From contig JACKGH010000001.1 in assembly GCA_020632075.1 (NCBI GenBank), forward strand, positions 601,778 through 665,777: a stretch of DNA of 64,000 bases. Direction: 5' to 3'. This document shows positions 32,301 through 43,174 of the stretch, piece after piece. Numbering within the stretch: position 1 is the first letter of the stretch; each line of letters starts with the position of its first letter. This stretch comes from Candidatus Nomurabacteria bacterium. Its GTDB lineage: Bacteria; Patescibacteriota; Minisyncoccia; Phycocordibacterales; UBA918. A program made the translations under genes and the position numbers. The notes under the pieces are model-generated. The model worked only from the letters and a program-made list of their open reading frames with translations. It did not search any database and was not told the DNA's origin.

Positions 32301-33836
32301 CAGAAAGTGCGGCATACTACCGGTACCTGAGGTGTGCCGTTCATCGTCTTCATCAGCTTCAATGTGATTGAACTTCCTTCGCTGCAGTATAAGGAAAAGT
32401 ACAATGCCTACCGCCACTAAAACCAACAGTACTACAAAGATGCTTGCAATACTGATACCGCCATCTTCAGACAGAGTCGTGGCAGATGGGGCCATGCAAT
32501 TCCCGAGTGTTTTACAGTCATAGCGGACTGTTACCTCCTCTATCACCTCCCCTCCTTGCTTTAAAGTTGCAGAAAGTGTGAACGTGTCATACGCCTGCTT
32601 TGGAGTAAATATATCCGCAACAGCCATCATACTACCGGTGACATCTCCCTCATACTCATACTGATAAAATGGCATGTTGTTCGCACCGATCAATGTCAGG
32701 GTAAGTGTTACATCTTCAATTGTCGCTACCGTACCCGCTCCGTGTACACACGAGAACAAAACGGTTTCTTCTCCGGGTAGTAATGGAAATTCAGTGACAC
32801 TTGGAAAATTGATCCGTGGTACAGCTACGTTTTCACGCACAAATCGAACATTTATGACACTTTTAGTATCAATATATTTTGCTTCGGCGACCACCAAATA
32901 CACTGCACTGCTATTATCTGTGACCGTATGAGCAAGTTGTTGCGTGCTGTCAGTCGGAATGGTCACCATTTGTGTTTCTTGATGAACGATATTCTCTGAC
33001 CGCTGTTGATCCCACGCATAGGTGGTCCACGTCACTGGAATAGTCACTTCCTGACCCGTACTATTCTCAAGCATCGCCTTTACCACGATCGGTGATGATT
33101 GATCAACTTGCTTCGGTGCAGCAGTAAACTGATACGGTTCATTCGCTACCACCACCTCGTCCTTTTTAAATCCAACGTACCCCCCGATCTCACCAGCCAC
33201 CGCGAATGTTACTGAATTCCCGCCAACGTCATCGGTAAATGGCAGACCAAGTAAATTGAATCGCTTAGCACTTGAGAAGTAAAATACTGCTCGGTACTCT
33301 CCCGTCGCCAAACCAACCGGCACATTCCAGGTGAATGATGCTGGTACCGTTGCTTCAGCTGGAAGATCGATATCTTCTAGCACAAACCGCTGCTCTACCA
33401 CATCATACCCATTGAGCGGTCGCTCTCCAGATCTTGGTATCCGGAACACTTTCATGTAGACCGCGCCATCTATGATCGGATATGGATTCTCATTTTGGAT
33501 CGTGCCATGAAACGTCAGCGGAGCCCCATTTACGGTACTGCCCACTTGTGGAGAGAGGTCCACCTGCACCGAACCAAACGTGTAGTGATCAAAACAGGAT
33601 ACTGCACCATCTGGCAAGCCTACGATTGGACCAGCAAACAAACCAGGACCACCTGACGCAATGTATTCATCGGCTACGGTCTGTTCAGCCTCTGAGAGAC
33701 GTTCGTAATCTTCGACCGTCTCGATCTCAGTGACAAAATCAGGTGGCGCACTTCCCTGTTGCGCAAAGGACTGACTTGGCAAAAAAACCAAGACAAACAG
33801 GAACACTCCCATCCAATTTTTACCGATCGTATTCAT
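29388..33836 (-). CDS. giant cell-surface protein B (1482 aa): signal peptide, ectodomain, TM hairpin, large beta-rich ectodomain, C-terminal CARDB-like plus Ig-like module
   Basis: Signal peptide MNTIGKNWMGVFLFVLVFLPSQSFA; TM pair near aa 461-484 and 509-532; C-terminal ~200 aa homologous to the neighbour (NDGEGSAGPF ... VETPGRVEET). Confidence 0.8.
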   Translation of the reverse strand: MNTIGKNWMGVFLFVLVFLPSQSFAQQGSAPPDFVTEIETVEDYERLSEAEQTVADEYIASGGPGLFAGPIVGLPDGAVSCFDHYTFGSVQVDLSPQVGSTVNGAPLTFHGTIQNENPYPIIDGAVYMKVFRIPRSGERPLNGYDVVEQRFVLEDIDLPAEATVPASFTWNVPVGLATGEYRAVFYFSSAKRFNLLGLPFTDDVGGNSVTFAVAGEIGGYVGFKKDEVVVANEPYQFTAAPKQVDQSSPIVVKAMLENSTGQEVTIPVTWTTYAWDQQRSENIVHQETQMVTIPTDSTQQLAHTVTDNSSAVYLVVAEAKYIDTKSVINVRFVRENVAVPRINFPSVTEFPLLPGEETVLFSCVHGAGTVATIEDVTLTLTLIGANNMPFYQYEYEGDVTGSMMAVADIFTPKQAYDTFTLSATLKQGGEVIEEVTVRYDCKTLGNCMAPSATTLSEDGGISIASIFVVLLVLVAVGIVLFLILQRRKFNHIEADEDDERHTSGTGSMPHFLWFVAFFFAASYLWTGTAVLAAGKSDVVSSMYNGVLFYRQTTQFGSTLNWVPGLEDPNVNVTYEASVYDHDTGVLVVDNSTVPVGTRLRFEPARGEIAWHGTGYAMDTPYGVWQTDAAWPDGGEKAVVNLAQTQIGDCSPVYFLGSASLVSGMYGIYVPLSVHPEEMSLDLSGSTAGLSPEGGNVYRITSPGTVTAEFHFDATYGQFFYEYEWIDGICRTSWDNTPMSEQPAGVSLTGYTGTISGLLLGDSGHSWTPYQHPIPATTIVYTVRTAGVEANAAPSVPVVTPDSGNSNLSGDQQRFTIVASDPGDLIRYGIDWNMDAVVDEWLPGVGYIPSDTHLPTSHAWLTGGVKTFQVLAQDDGALTSGWRSVSVTLCAADEEWDGARCIPATTAQCLGITPLHAVLYVSDQLDLVVDTQKVYSAVNTTAKCEFSCQDAYTWNAVAGTCDAPLNEPPMAFILQPAGAVTVSDGASVHFEGMGYDAVNGIAQHEWRVGNGIASCETGTLWHSDGPGSDSSFDTAALTPGVYTVYYKVKDTAGAWSTNCPSRTITVNPDENSSLVSVCDIYTNLPIAVGPGSIAARNLMNGQVENLTVHFGDNHDCSDPDITLDPATSMTDSNSPDAIDVLQNAASAFWEVTGDNGAPGTETERITVQYEGSQTYLDYTVYVTPTVSLTVNGSTVPIDVPYHGNVTLDWTTTGSVTECTASGDWAGSKAVPLGSEMISNITADQTYTIVCTGPGGTSAPATVQIRAMTPPNLLPIVGSVTPSAAFDVTTGTYHALTLAYVVRNDGEGSAGPFINQLDVDFGNDGTIDATVNPSFAGLATGDTPAQNELLAIDVPFGPYRVIVHVDSTDKIEEGDETDNIVTITNELAAPLLPMTLTIEDFVKSGDQATIHWDTKVSYPISCSLYGPQIATHNFDPSVSGPTGSLVTGPITAKSTYTLDCVESTTGAKGSTQVTVETPGRVEET

Positions 33837-33927
33837 ATCTTATAGTTACTAACTGTAATATCATCATGATAGCAAGGAAACTAGTGTGTAGTGCTCTGAT
33901 TTGTAAACACGTGTAGACAGTTGCTTG

Positions 33928-33975
33928 CTCACAAAAACGCACCTGTTTGGGTGCGTTTTTGTGAGCAAATAATCT
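33928..33975. terminator. bidirectional terminator between the giant genes
   Basis: gctcacaaaaacgcacc-tgttt-ggtgcgtttttgtgagc, perfect 17-bp inverted repeat. Confidence 0.6.
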
Positions 33976-33980
33976 TTCGA

Positions 33981-36900
33981 TTAAGTTTCTTGGATGATTC
34001 CGGTTGTCTCAACGATCGCTGTGTCCTGGTAAACTGCGCCAGTAGTTGGCTCGGTGCAAGTTAATATGAATTCTGATTTTGCAATGACCGGACCGGTCGG
34101 AAGCTCACCAGTTGGGTTGATCGGGTTGCTCGGATCAAACGAATAGGTGGTAATGCCCGGACCAGCAACCTCACAGTCCATCGGGAACACTGCGTGTGTA
34201 TTCCAATCAAGCTTTGCAGGCAAACCAGCTTTAACTGTTTTTGGATTTATGTTCAATTCGATCCCCGGATTTGGGACTGGCACAACTGTATTTCGATACA
34301 CTATATTATCTGATTCGCCTGCAACACCTTCATCCACTTCATAATCTGAATCAACGGTGATCTTGACACTGTGCGTTCCAAATGGAACATCGGTTGCCAT
34401 GATCTCATTGAATGAACCTGTGTCTCCACCCCCACCTGACAATCCCGCAAATCCACCGAATGGACGCACCAATATATCATCAATAACCCCATCGTCACCA
34501 AAGTCTAACTCGAACTTCAACACGAAGTGACCTGCATCAGATTCGCCCTCATTTACGATACTGTAGCTGATAGAGAGATTGTCATACGTTCCTGTGACGG
34601 GATTGAAGGTAGCAGACGGTGTAAGGGCACTTACGCTAGGCACAAGATTAGGCTTTGTATTCACATTCACCACAACTGATTCAGTGATACTTGACCCATC
34701 ATCACCAACACAATCTAGCGTGAATGTTGTGTCAACCAAAACCACCTCAGTATCATCTCCACTTGGAGACACTGGAACTCCCCAGCTTCCAATACAACTA
34801 TCTACGTCAGTTGATGACCACTCCAAGTACACGCTATCACCCTCGGTAACAGTGATCGGACCATTCGAACCATCCGCGGTAAGTCCTAACGTCGGTGGTG
34901 GCGCCACCGGACCCGGGCCAGCTGCAGGATCAATGCAATTTGCACCATCGTAAACAAGATATGGTTCACACTCAGCTTCAACCACAACATAGTCTAGAGT
35001 GTTGCCTAGCAACCATGGACCAGTGGTCCCCCCACGGACACTCACTGTATTATCACCATGTGGCAAAGCACAATTTTTACTCAAGTTTGTATTCATTTGA
35101 TCACAGATTGTCGTGATCCCAGTATCAGCGTTTCGAACCGCTACAAACGGCCACAAAGCATTAGTTGTCCAAGTAAAGAGACTGTTACACGCACTCTCAC
35201 CTTCACCAATAAAACAACCAGCGCCATTGATGTTACCCCATGCAGCTGGCACTGGTGCACTTACCGTGATCGTCCTACTACACTGGACAATTCCTGAGGA
35301 ATACACCACTCGCAATACATAGTTTGTTGTTGATGGAGGGGTCACTGAATACGCATTGTGCTGGAGCGGAACCGCAACGCCATTGATAGTAGCCGAGACC
35401 GCACTTCCACCTGTAACGTCCCACAATAATGTGGTTGACTGTCCGGTCGTAATCGTCGCGTCTGAAGTATTGAGTGTACAAGCTGGCAACGCTACTGGCG
35501 GCGGAGGTGGCACTGAAACATCCTCACACTCACCATTGACAGCATTCCATACAGTACCAGCTACACAACTACCCGTTACCGCCACCGATGCAAGCACTGT
35601 CGAGTTGTCACGTGCTACAACCACGTTAGTACCATGTCCGATCGGTCGCAGCACATTGGTCATTGGGTTCATGAGCGGACCGCCATATGACCCATTGGTA
35701 GTTGAGTTCAACACATTTGCAAAACTTGCATTTTGAATATTCCAAGAGAACGTACCATTACAAGTGCCTTGATCAGCCTGAATAGTACAACCAGTACCGG
35801 TGATAGTAGCTGAAGGTGGCGCTATTACGTTAAAGTTAGTCGTGATTTGTCCACTGAAGTAAACTGGTGGCGGCAATGGATCCTCACAGTTGTACTGATA
35901 TCCAACAGTACCTCTCAAGATCTTTGACTTCACGCCAGGAGTACTGTATCCAGCGATACTTCTTACCACCAGTGAATTCGGAACCGGTACAGCTCCCAAG
36001 TACCCTCCGCCTGCCGGTCCCCAGATAGTATCGTACGTGACCGTCTCGGCTCGTTGTGCCTGCACATATGGCGCAATACGATCACCACAGTCAGGTGCGT
36101 ATGGAATGCTTTCACTAAAAGGGTTTGCTTGAGTTGTCACTGTAAGAGCCTCTCCCACATTGTACGTTCCTTTATTGAAACTGACAGTAAACGTCAGACC
36201 ATTTGATAAAGTTAAGGTTGCTGCATTGGTACGCTCTACTCCCACACCAAGGAGAACACCTCCAGCTACGATAATCGCAAAAGCGATGCTCATTAGTTCA
36301 GACGAGCCAACAGTACCACCCTGGTCATCAGGATCGTTGTGATCACTTCGCTTACTTTTTCGAATTGATGCAATGATCAATGCTGCAATCGTCAAAACAG
36401 CAAACAACACTACAATGAGCAGTAAGATAGCTTGCCCGGACATTTTTGGAGTAGCCTTAGTCGCTTGAGTTTCCATCATGCCACTCACATCCGTAAATAC
36501 TGGCGGCACATGACCAAACGAATCGGCCGCGAGTGTTTTCTCACCAGACCGAACCTGAACTCCTATCTGTGGATTTGCACAGGCTCCAGTGATCGGGACT
36601 GAGACTGTAGTTATGAACGCCTCTGCTCCGAGGTCAACAGCCTCTCCCGTTCCACACTGTGTTCCGGCTGTATCATAAATACTCACTGCAACAGACTGAC
36701 TCTCCTCGACTGTTGGTCGCGCAAACCAGGTCACGGTCACCGCAGCAGTATCACCTGCAGCATAGCTACCAGCATCGAGTGTGACATTCTGTACTCGACC
36801 GAGTTCATCACCAATGGTAAATCGAAATGGAATATCTGCAACCACCGGATCACCAGCCTCATCAACCAACACAAGAACTGATTCATACGAACCTGACTCT

Positions 36901-37628
36901 GCAGTTGTTGGCAAAGGAACAGAAACATATCCTATCTCATTTGAACCAAGAGTTGCTGAACCGAGTACCGCCGCATCAACACCCTCCACAACCGGACCAA
37001 GCAGCGTACCCTTATGTGTTTCGAAGTCGGTATACACTGTCGTCGTAGCACCTGAGTTTACTACCGTACATCTGATCGCTACAGACTCCTCACCGGAAAG
37101 ACGAGCGTCAGTGAGTGGTTCAAGCGTATCGCTGTCGCCCATGTACATCCCACAGTCTTGGACCACAACAGCACTACTTGTGCCTTCGAGCGTGACAACA
37201 CCAGCCATATTGGTAGCCAGCAACAAACCACTTGTGTTCTCAGCCACCACCCAAACTTCGTACTCACCAGAGAGAAAACCTGGCGCAGTGTAGTCAATCG
37301 AAACTGGCAACGTCTCATCAGCTCCGAGCCCAACGAGTCGATCCGCATATGACTGAGTATCGATCAGATACCGCTCATCATCGATCACTTGATACAGTTT
37401 AACTCCATACACGATACCCGGCTGCACCCCTTCCGCATTGTATAGATTGAAGAAAATAGTCATTTCAGACCCATTTTGAGCCATTATTTGAGCATCATAG
37501 ACTTCAGTGGTGGCGATAACGGTCATGTCCCCTGCCGGCTCGCCTGCAGACTGCGCTGACACAAACGTCGGCATGACCAGGAGCAACATCATCAAAAGAC
37601 CGGTTCGGATTCTACTAAAAAATAACAT
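33981..37628 (-). CDS. giant cell-surface protein A (1215 aa), paralog of B with the same architecture
   Basis: Signal peptide MLFFSRIRTGLLMMLLLVMPTFVSA; TM pair near aa 399-422 and 447-464; C-terminal module NEGESDAGHF ... IVETTGIIQET homologous to B. Confidence 0.8.
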   Translation of the reverse strand: MLFFSRIRTGLLMMLLLVMPTFVSAQSAGEPAGDMTVIATTEVYDAQIMAQNGSEMTIFFNLYNAEGVQPGIVYGVKLYQVIDDERYLIDTQSYADRLVGLGADETLPVSIDYTAPGFLSGEYEVWVVAENTSGLLLATNMAGVVTLEGTSSAVVVQDCGMYMGDSDTLEPLTDARLSGEESVAIRCTVVNSGATTTVYTDFETHKGTLLGPVVEGVDAAVLGSATLGSNEIGYVSVPLPTTAESGSYESVLVLVDEAGDPVVADIPFRFTIGDELGRVQNVTLDAGSYAAGDTAAVTVTWFARPTVEESQSVAVSIYDTAGTQCGTGEAVDLGAEAFITTVSVPITGACANPQIGVQVRSGEKTLAADSFGHVPPVFTDVSGMMETQATKATPKMSGQAILLLIVVLFAVLTIAALIIASIRKSKRSDHNDPDDQGGTVGSSELMSIAFAIIVAGGVLLGVGVERTNAATLTLSNGLTFTVSFNKGTYNVGEALTVTTQANPFSESIPYAPDCGDRIAPYVQAQRAETVTYDTIWGPAGGGYLGAVPVPNSLVVRSIAGYSTPGVKSKILRGTVGYQYNCEDPLPPPVYFSGQITTNFNVIAPPSATITGTGCTIQADQGTCNGTFSWNIQNASFANVLNSTTNGSYGGPLMNPMTNVLRPIGHGTNVVVARDNSTVLASVAVTGSCVAGTVWNAVNGECEDVSVPPPPPVALPACTLNTSDATITTGQSTTLLWDVTGGSAVSATINGVAVPLQHNAYSVTPPSTTNYVLRVVYSSGIVQCSRTITVSAPVPAAWGNINGAGCFIGEGESACNSLFTWTTNALWPFVAVRNADTGITTICDQMNTNLSKNCALPHGDNTVSVRGGTTGPWLLGNTLDYVVVEAECEPYLVYDGANCIDPAAGPGPVAPPPTLGLTADGSNGPITVTEGDSVYLEWSSTDVDSCIGSWGVPVSPSGDDTEVVLVDTTFTLDCVGDDGSSITESVVVNVNTKPNLVPSVSALTPSATFNPVTGTYDNLSISYSIVNEGESDAGHFVLKFELDFGDDGVIDDILVRPFGGFAGLSGGGGDTGSFNEIMATDVPFGTHSVKITVDSDYEVDEGVAGESDNIVYRNTVVPVPNPGIELNINPKTVKAGLPAKLDWNTHAVFPMDCEVAGPGITTYSFDPSNPINPTGELPTGPVIAKSEFILTCTEPTTGAVYQDTAIVETTGIIQET

Positions 37629-37732
37629 ATGGGTGGGTTTTAACTGCTTACAATATATGCACTATGATACCAAGCACTAGACAATAACAGACCAGACTTG
37701 TGAACAGTTTTGTACACCACAAATAATAAGAA

Positions 37733-37757
37733 AACCACCTTGCGGTGGTTTTCTCGT
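37733..37757 (-). terminator. terminator downstream of 5S rRNA
   Basis: aaaaccaccttgcggtggtttt hairpin with T/A runs. Confidence 0.6.
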
Positions 37758-37774
37758 AGGAATTAAATGCTTTA

Positions 37775-37882
37775 AGTTGGCGCCTACCTACTCTTCCGCT
37801 TGCGCAGTACCATCGGTGGTAGAAGACTTTACTTCCGTGTTCGGAATGAGAACGGGTGTACCCCTTCCCCCAAAGCACCAAC
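37775..37882 (-). rRNA. rrf: 5S ribosomal RNA
   Basis: Reverse complement contains CCGTTCTCATTCCGAACACGGAAGTAAAG...CCGATGGTACTG...GAAGAGTAGGTAGGCGCCAACTT with a helix I pairing of the ends. Confidence 0.85.
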
Positions 37883-37961
37883 TTAAAAGATTCAATTCAG
37901 ATCGTTGCTACGGTCGTGTGAAATGGCTCCCTGACCAAAGAACAAATGAGAGCCAGAGAAG

Positions 37962-38094
37962 TGGACGGGGTAAGAGGAATCGAACCCCCGACCCCTGGCT
38001 CCATGAGCCAGTGCTCTACCGGCGAATCACCAGCATTGCTTTGTCGAGCGGCGCCTCACAACAAAGCACCAGCGATTCTCTGAGCTATACCCCG
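37962..38094 (-). tRNA. tRNA-like gene with 57-nt insertion in the D-loop and atypical anticodon loop (UCAUGGA); function/identity unclear, possibly pseudo-tRNA or processing element
   Basis: CGGGGTA-TA-GCTCAG[57-nt insert]CCGGTAGAGC-A-CTGGC-TCATGGA-GCCAG-GGGTC-GGGGG-TTCGATT-CCTCT-TACCCCG-T-CCA; perfect 7-bp acceptor stem and encoded CCA; lies between 23S and 5S. Confidence 0.5.
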
Positions 38095-38199
38095 AGAAAA
38101 CCATTTCACACGATCGTATACGCATATTCAATTTTGGTAACTTCCTTCACTCAAATCTATACATGATGTACAGCGTTCCCTATGGGAAACCACGTCCAA

Positions 38200-41445
<3,246 letters not shown>

Positions 41446-41889
41446 ACACCGCTGTATAGATTTTGAGTGATGTCCGCGTTCTCACGCGGACGATGTTTTT
41501 GTCTATCGGGGACGAAAAGACCCGAGCGGTTGCTCTGTTGTCTTAACCCGATAGACGGTTACCTGCTCTGCATGAAAGGCTTGCGACTTTCATGCAGAAC
41601 TTGCCTACCGGGCGTCGATTCCACGGTAGGACTTTTCGAAGACAGATCTTATCAATCTGTCTTCTTGAATATGCGATTGTCAACGATCGCGTACCCCCTT
41701 GAATTTTGGAAGAAAAAAGCCGCGGTAGTCGCGGCAAGAAAATCACGAGTGACTTGCTTGCTACGACGTGGCGTTTTCTCCAAACTTCATAAATACGTGA
41801 CCGCTATCTTATACGAATTAAAAATAAAGTCAAGCATCTACTCTGGATATTTTGATGGATTTATCCTCTGCTCTATCAACAGTGTTTTC

Positions 41890-41925
41890 CACAAGCTACA
41901 ACGGCCGGAAAATCGAAGATTTTCC
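41890..41925 (-). terminator. terminator-like 13-bp hairpin after the regulator gene, within the 23S leader
   Basis: cggccggaaaatc-gaa-gattttccggccg perfect inverted repeat. Confidence 0.4.
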
Positions 41926-41958
41926 GGCCGTCAATGCGCAAAAATCGCAAAGAATACA

Positions 41959-42594
41959 CTACATCCGTTGCGACATCACTTCGTCTTTCACACCGATCTT
42001 GTCGACCAGTACCTGATGTGAGTAATCAAAGAAATCGCGGGTGAGCTTGTCGTACATACCAACACGATACATAAGATCCTCTGAAGACATCGCCGCAAAT
42101 CGGATCTCGATTCCCACCTCTGCCTCAAGTGAACGGATCGCTTTCTCTACTTTTGCTTGTGAAAATTTCTTCATCGCGATAAGTACATCAAGGCGCTGTT
42201 CAAAATCGCGCACGAAGACACCGCTCACACCAACAAAATCAAGTACGCCTGCCTGACGCAAATGCTTGAGGAGGTTCTTGCCATCGATCGGCGCCGTCTC
42301 AAAGAGGAAGGTCTGCAACGCCTGCAGCTCTGGAAAATCTTTGTTGAGCATATACCCAATTGCCTTCATCTTTTTACTCTTCCCTTCTACATCGATGTAC
42401 ACGCTCTTCTGCTTGATCACTCCAGCTTTCTCCAGCGAGTTCATTTCAGTTCGTGCTGTGCGACGTACGAGCTTGGCACGACGACTGATGTCGTCAAAGG
42501 TAAATTCTTTCGAGGGATTAAATAAGAAAAAGCGGAGGAGTTTTACGCGAGCTGTGCTGCCAAACAGGATTGAAAGTGGATCTCGTGCTGCCAT
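41959..42594 (-). CDS. putative winged-helix DNA-binding protein
   Basis: Start taken at MAARDPLSILFGSTARVKLLRFF; N-terminal wHTH-like segment FTFDDISRRAKLVRRTARTEMNSLEKAGVIK. Confidence 0.4.
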   Translation of the reverse strand: MAARDPLSILFGSTARVKLLRFFLFNPSKEFTFDDISRRAKLVRRTARTEMNSLEKAGVIKQKSVYIDVEGKSKKMKAIGYMLNKDFPELQALQTFLFETAPIDGKNLLKHLRQAGVLDFVGVSGVFVRDFEQRLDVLIAMKKFSQAKVEKAIRSLEAEVGIEIRFAAMSSEDLMYRVGMYDKLTRDFFDYSHQVLVDKIGVKDEVMSQRM

Positions 42595-42685
42595 ACTGGA
42601 AGTTGGTGTGGCGATTATAGCACAGCTTCTTTGTAGACAGTGTGGAGAGAAAATGTCGTAACCAATCGTAACATCCAGGCACAAA

Positions 42686-42716
42686 AAAGGTCGGCCTAGA
42701 CCGACCTTTTGCGCGA
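42686..42716. terminator. bidirectional terminator
   Basis: aaaaaaggtcggcctagaccgacctttt. Confidence 0.6.
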
Positions 42717-42726
42717 TACTCGCGCA

Positions 42727-43008
42727 TCATTTGAGCAGGTTACACTCCCAGCTGTTGCCATGGCCAGTCGTGAACTTGACCTGGCCCGGTGCCGTGCGTG
42801 TCACCATGTAGGAACCGCCATCGAACTTCATACCCTCAGACACCTGAGCATGATCACCGCCGGTGTAGTACCAGCTATTGACCTTGGCAGTGCCACTCGT
42901 AACGCGGCAAGCCCAATCGCCCGGCTTGAGCGTCTTCTCCTTGCAGCCTGCGGCCATTGCGATCAAACCGATCGCTCCTACAGAAATAATGAGCTTACGC
43001 AGCTTCAT
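42727..43008 (-). CDS. small lipoprotein, hypothetical
   Basis: MKLRKLIISVGAIGLIAMAAGC lipobox; 93 aa. Confidence 0.5.
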   Translation of the reverse strand: MKLRKLIISVGAIGLIAMAAGCKEKTLKPGDWACRVTSGTAKVNSWYYTGGDHAQVSEGMKFDGGSYMVTRTAPGQVKFTTGHGNSWECNLLK

Positions 43009-43174
43009 TGTCTTTCTCCTGATGAAATGAGCCGCGACCGGCTCGTTGAACTGACAGCAACTGCTGCCCTGATGTACGAACTGGTTGCTAGATTACAAAA
43101 CTGTTGTGTAATTGTCAACTAGAAGCGAACCTACTTAAGTCTTAATGTCATGTTAAACTGCTTAAAAACCTGAC

